From: a virus
Lineage: Duplodnaviria > Caudoviricetes
Strand: one strand, 5' to 3'
Length of the DNA: 35,274 nt
IMG/VR virus record: IMGVR_UViG_3300042924_001089
Span: 1 to 35,274 of that record
Shown: positions 32,624 through 35,274 of the stretch, piece by piece
How positions within the stretch are numbered: the stretch's first letter is position 1
Layout of the letters: each line of letters begins with the position of its first letter
Translations under genes and position numbers: made by a program
The notes under the pieces: generated by a model
Seen by the model: the letters and a program-made list of their open reading frames with translations, nothing else
What the model was told of the DNA's origin: nothing
The model's database searches: none

Positions 32624-34417
32624 TTAGACTGCATAACGAATTATAACTATACCGCTACCACCAGCGCCGCCGCCGCCTTGAGTACTAGCACCGCCGCCGC
32701 CGCCGCCGGTATTTGTTGTTCCACTAATGCCAGCAAGAGTAGAACCGCCAGTTTGATCTGAAATTCCTGCTCCTCCGCCACCATTACCGCCTACTCCAGC
32801 AACGCACGTTGTTCCGCCAGCATTTTGAGCCGAAGCTCCTCCGCCGCCTGCAAACCAATAAGTGCCAGAAATATTTTGACCTGTACCAGTAGCAGAACCC
32901 CAAGATGAATACGCAGATGAACCTGCTCCTCCTGAACCACTTGTAAAAGCATTTGGTGAAGTTTGTCCATTAGCAGTTGCTCCGCCTCCACCGCCGCCTG
33001 TCCAGTTACCACTAGGGCCGTTATTTTGGCCTGTTCCACCAGTAAAACCTTCTGCTGGTGTATAGCCACCAGAGTTTCCAGATGCTGATGCGTTACCACG
33101 ATAGTTGCCACCGCCACTAGAACCACCAGCTGATCCAGTAGATACTCCAGTTGATTCAGAAGCGCCTGAGCCTCCACCTGAGGATGCTTGTGAAAACCCA
33201 GTTCCTACAACTGATGATGTACCTCCGCTGCTACCTTGAGCAGTAGATACAGTCGCACCTGCTCCGCCTGAACCAACAGTAACTGTGTAAGAACTTGCAG
33301 TTAACGATTGTGAAGTAAAACCTCTGAGACCGCCTGCGCCTCCGCCACCTGATGCTGTACCTCTACCGCCACCGCCGCCACCTGCAACTATTAAAAGATC
33401 GCAGGATAATGTTGAAGCAGGAGAAAATGTTCCTGAATTAAAAAATGTATGGTACCAATAAGTTCCATCACTTGTTATACTTCCGCCAGTTGCTTTAGCA
33501 GTAATTGTTGCACCAGTAGGAGTAAATGTTCCTGATGAAGTAAATGTGTGAATCGTGTTTGAACCATCATTGGTTACAGTTCCGCCAGTTGCTCGTGCTG
33601 TAGTTCCTGAATAACGCAAGACTACAATTCCAGAACCACCAGAAGAACCTGGATTAGCTCCCACTGCGTGACCGCCGCCACCGCCAGAACCTGAATTAGT
33701 AGAACCTGGTGTGCCAGCGCTACCAGAAACAGCACCATTTCCACCACCACCAGAACCACCAGTTCCAGCTAGAGCATTATTTCCGCCACCACCACCGCCG
33801 GCGTATGTTACAGATGATCCACTTATGCTTACAGCAAGTCCAGCTCCACCATTTCCAGCAGTATTGCCACTTGCGTTTACTCCAACAGCGCCAGCGCCTC
33901 CACCTCCGCCTGAAGGATAATGGGTACCGGTAGTAACTAATGCATTTCCACCAGAAAAACCTTGACTTGTAGTTCCAGCTCCGCCAAGTCCTGCTGCTAG
34001 TCCAGATGCTGAAGAAGCGCCGCCTCCACCTGAACCACCAACTAATCCATTCTTTGGCAAGTTATCGTAAGTTCCACCACCACCGCCGCCAATAGAAACA
34101 ATACTTGCAAATGTTGAATTATTGCCGTTGGAACCACGGACAGAATCAGATCCTGTACCACCTGCTCCGCCTGCACCAATAGTTATGTAATAAGCAGATT
34201 TACCGTTTATAGTTAAAGCAGTTTCTAAACTACCTCCGCCGCCTGTAGCAGTTACAGTTGAACGCAAGCCACCTGCTCCACCGCCACCAGCTACGTTAGT
34301 GCCTCCTCCACCGCCACCAGCAATTACTAAGTAATCAATAGGTCCATTAAAACCTGAACCAGTAGCAAAACCAAAACCACGCGCAGAGGTTCCAGCAAAT
34401 GATTCTAAAATAGGCAT
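32624..34417 (-). CDS. glycine-rich virion fiber/adhesin with two tandem Gly-rich domains
   Basis: Two copies of L(V/I)(I/V)AGGGGGG...GGGGAGGLR...GSGIV(V/I)(L/I)RY. Confidence 0.8.
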   Translation of the reverse strand: MPILESFAGTSARGFGFATGSGFNGPIDYLVIAGGGGGGTNVAGGGGAGGLRSTVTATGGGGSLETALTINGKSAYYITIGAGGAGGTGSDSVRGSNGNNSTFASIVSIGGGGGGTYDNLPKNGLVGGSGGGGASSASGLAAGLGGAGTTSQGFSGGNALVTTGTHYPSGGGGGAGAVGVNASGNTAGNGGAGLAVSISGSSVTYAGGGGGGNNALAGTGGSGGGGNGAVSGSAGTPGSTNSGSGGGGGHAVGANPGSSGGSGIVVLRYSGTTARATGGTVTNDGSNTIHTFTSSGTFTPTGATITAKATGGSITSDGTYWYHTFFNSGTFSPASTLSCDLLIVAGGGGGGRGTASGGGGAGGLRGFTSQSLTASSYTVTVGSGGAGATVSTAQGSSGGTSSVVGTGFSQASSGGGSGASESTGVSTGSAGGSSGGGNYRGNASASGNSGGYTPAEGFTGGTGQNNGPSGNWTGGGGGGATANGQTSPNAFTSGSGGAGSSAYSSWGSATGTGQNISGTYWFAGGGGASAQNAGGTTCVAGVGGNGGGGAGISDQTGGSTLAGISGTTNTGGGGGGASTQGGGGAGGSGIVIIRYAV

Positions 34418-34427
34418 TTGATCCCCT

Positions 34428-35219
34428 TTAGGCGAACTTAGTTTGTGTTTCTAGAACTGTGAATGTTGCAGAAGCTGTTTTAATAATTGTGAATGTATAA
34501 GCATCAATAGCTGATGCATTTCCACTGCTAATTGCACTAGTTACTTTTGGTGTTACAGTACTGCCATCAATTTGTATCACATTTGGATAATATGCAGTTG
34601 CGCCGTTAGTGTTTAGCCAAACGAGTGTGATTGCGTCGTTAGTGGCAAGTGCTGAGTTAAGCGCTACTCCACTTGAATACCTAAAGTTTAGTGTGTGATT
34701 CGCGGTTGCGTTTGATGTGTAGTACCAAACAGAAGCAGTTGAAACGTCAAAGTTGATTGTGCCAGTTGCAGCAGAAGCCACAACGTTGACATCTTCTTCA
34801 AGTCCTTTTACAACACCATCGTTAAAAGTTGCAGTGTTAATAATTGGCGAAGTTAAAGTTTTATTGGTAAGCGTTTGTGCGGTTGTAAGATCAGCAGTAA
34901 CAGCAGTGTCAATTGAAACTGTAACTGTACCGCTTGTACCACCACCTGACAAACCAGTGCCAGCTGTTACGCCTTCAATATCGCCAGCTACAGTGTCCCA
35001 ACTTGTAACTGTGCCGTTTGTTTTAAGAAACTTTCCAGATTGACCTGTTTGTGAAGGAATATCAACTGAGTATGGCAAAGTTGCCCATGCAGTTGAACCA
35101 TTGCCAACTTTGAATTTATAGGTATCTGTTTCAATACCCATTTCGCCAGCTGCAAGTGTTGGATTTGTGCTGGTCCAGTTTGCTGCCGTATCTCGGCGTT
35201 GTTGCATTCTTGCTGTCAT
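34428..35219 (-). CDS. fiber-like virion protein with Mtd-N/hyaluronidase-N type domain
   Basis: QQRRDTAANW..NP.LAAGE.G.ETDT.KFKVGNG...W..LPY; QTLTNKTL. Confidence 0.8.
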   Translation of the reverse strand: MTARMQQRRDTAANWTSTNPTLAAGEMGIETDTYKFKVGNGSTAWATLPYSVDIPSQTGQSGKFLKTNGTVTSWDTVAGDIEGVTAGTGLSGGGTSGTVTVSIDTAVTADLTTAQTLTNKTLTSPIINTATFNDGVVKGLEEDVNVVASAATGTINFDVSTASVWYYTSNATANHTLNFRYSSGVALNSALATNDAITLVWLNTNGATAYYPNVIQIDGSTVTPKVTSAISSGNASAIDAYTFTIIKTASATFTVLETQTKFA

Positions 35220-35238
35220 GATTCCTGCTTTCGCTTGT

Positions 35239-35274
35239 TTAGAAGGTTACTGTCGCCCCGCCAGCGTCAATTGT
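35239..35274 (-). CDS. 3' end of a CDS entering from outside the window
   Basis: ...TIDAGGATVTF-stop. Confidence 0.5.
   Translation of the reverse strand, partial: TIDAGGATVTF

Noticed and set aside
32624-34417. CCGCCG/CCACCG runs and AACCGCCAG (near 32743) as DNA repeats or motif copies
   Set aside because: Explained by poly-Gly codons on the minus strand
1-35274. tRNA or rRNA genes
   Set aside because: No cloverleaf or T-loop pattern seen in the few intergenic gaps; a tRNAscan-SE run would be needed to exclude them fully

Overview
This window is most of a small, low-GC, HK97-type siphovirus genome. WhiB and the overall gene content point to an actinobacterial host; a low-GC freshwater lineage is my inference. 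The genome is circularly permuted: the terL end (left) and the portal-upstream end (right) would join outside the window. Almost all genes are on the minus strand: packaging (HNH, terS, terL), replication/recombination, a 7-gene nucleotide/DNA-modification cluster (5633-10691), early micro-ORFs, a post-lysis accessory block, lysis, tail and head. A two-gene plus-strand unit (14663-15896) starts from a divergent control region. No DNA polymerase, helicase or integrase is visible. Main highlights: (1) a candidate DNA hypermodification system combining T4-like hmC precursor enzymes (a thymidylate-synthase homolog with Asp at the dUMP/dCMP specificity position, a dNMP kinase, a dCTPase/dUTPase and a dCMP deaminase) with an aGPT-Pplase-like protein, a PLP enzyme and an SGNH-like protein; (2) a complete type II hammerhead ribozyme (14846-14900) between the two plus-strand genes; (3) a repeated AACCGCCAGG motif and three promoter-like sites with a shared layout; (4) tandem paralogous tail tube genes; (5) a hairpin-associated -1 frameshift in the tail chaperone; (6) two glycosyltransferases flanking portal-protease-capsid. 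All family assignments come from motifs read by eye, not from database searches.
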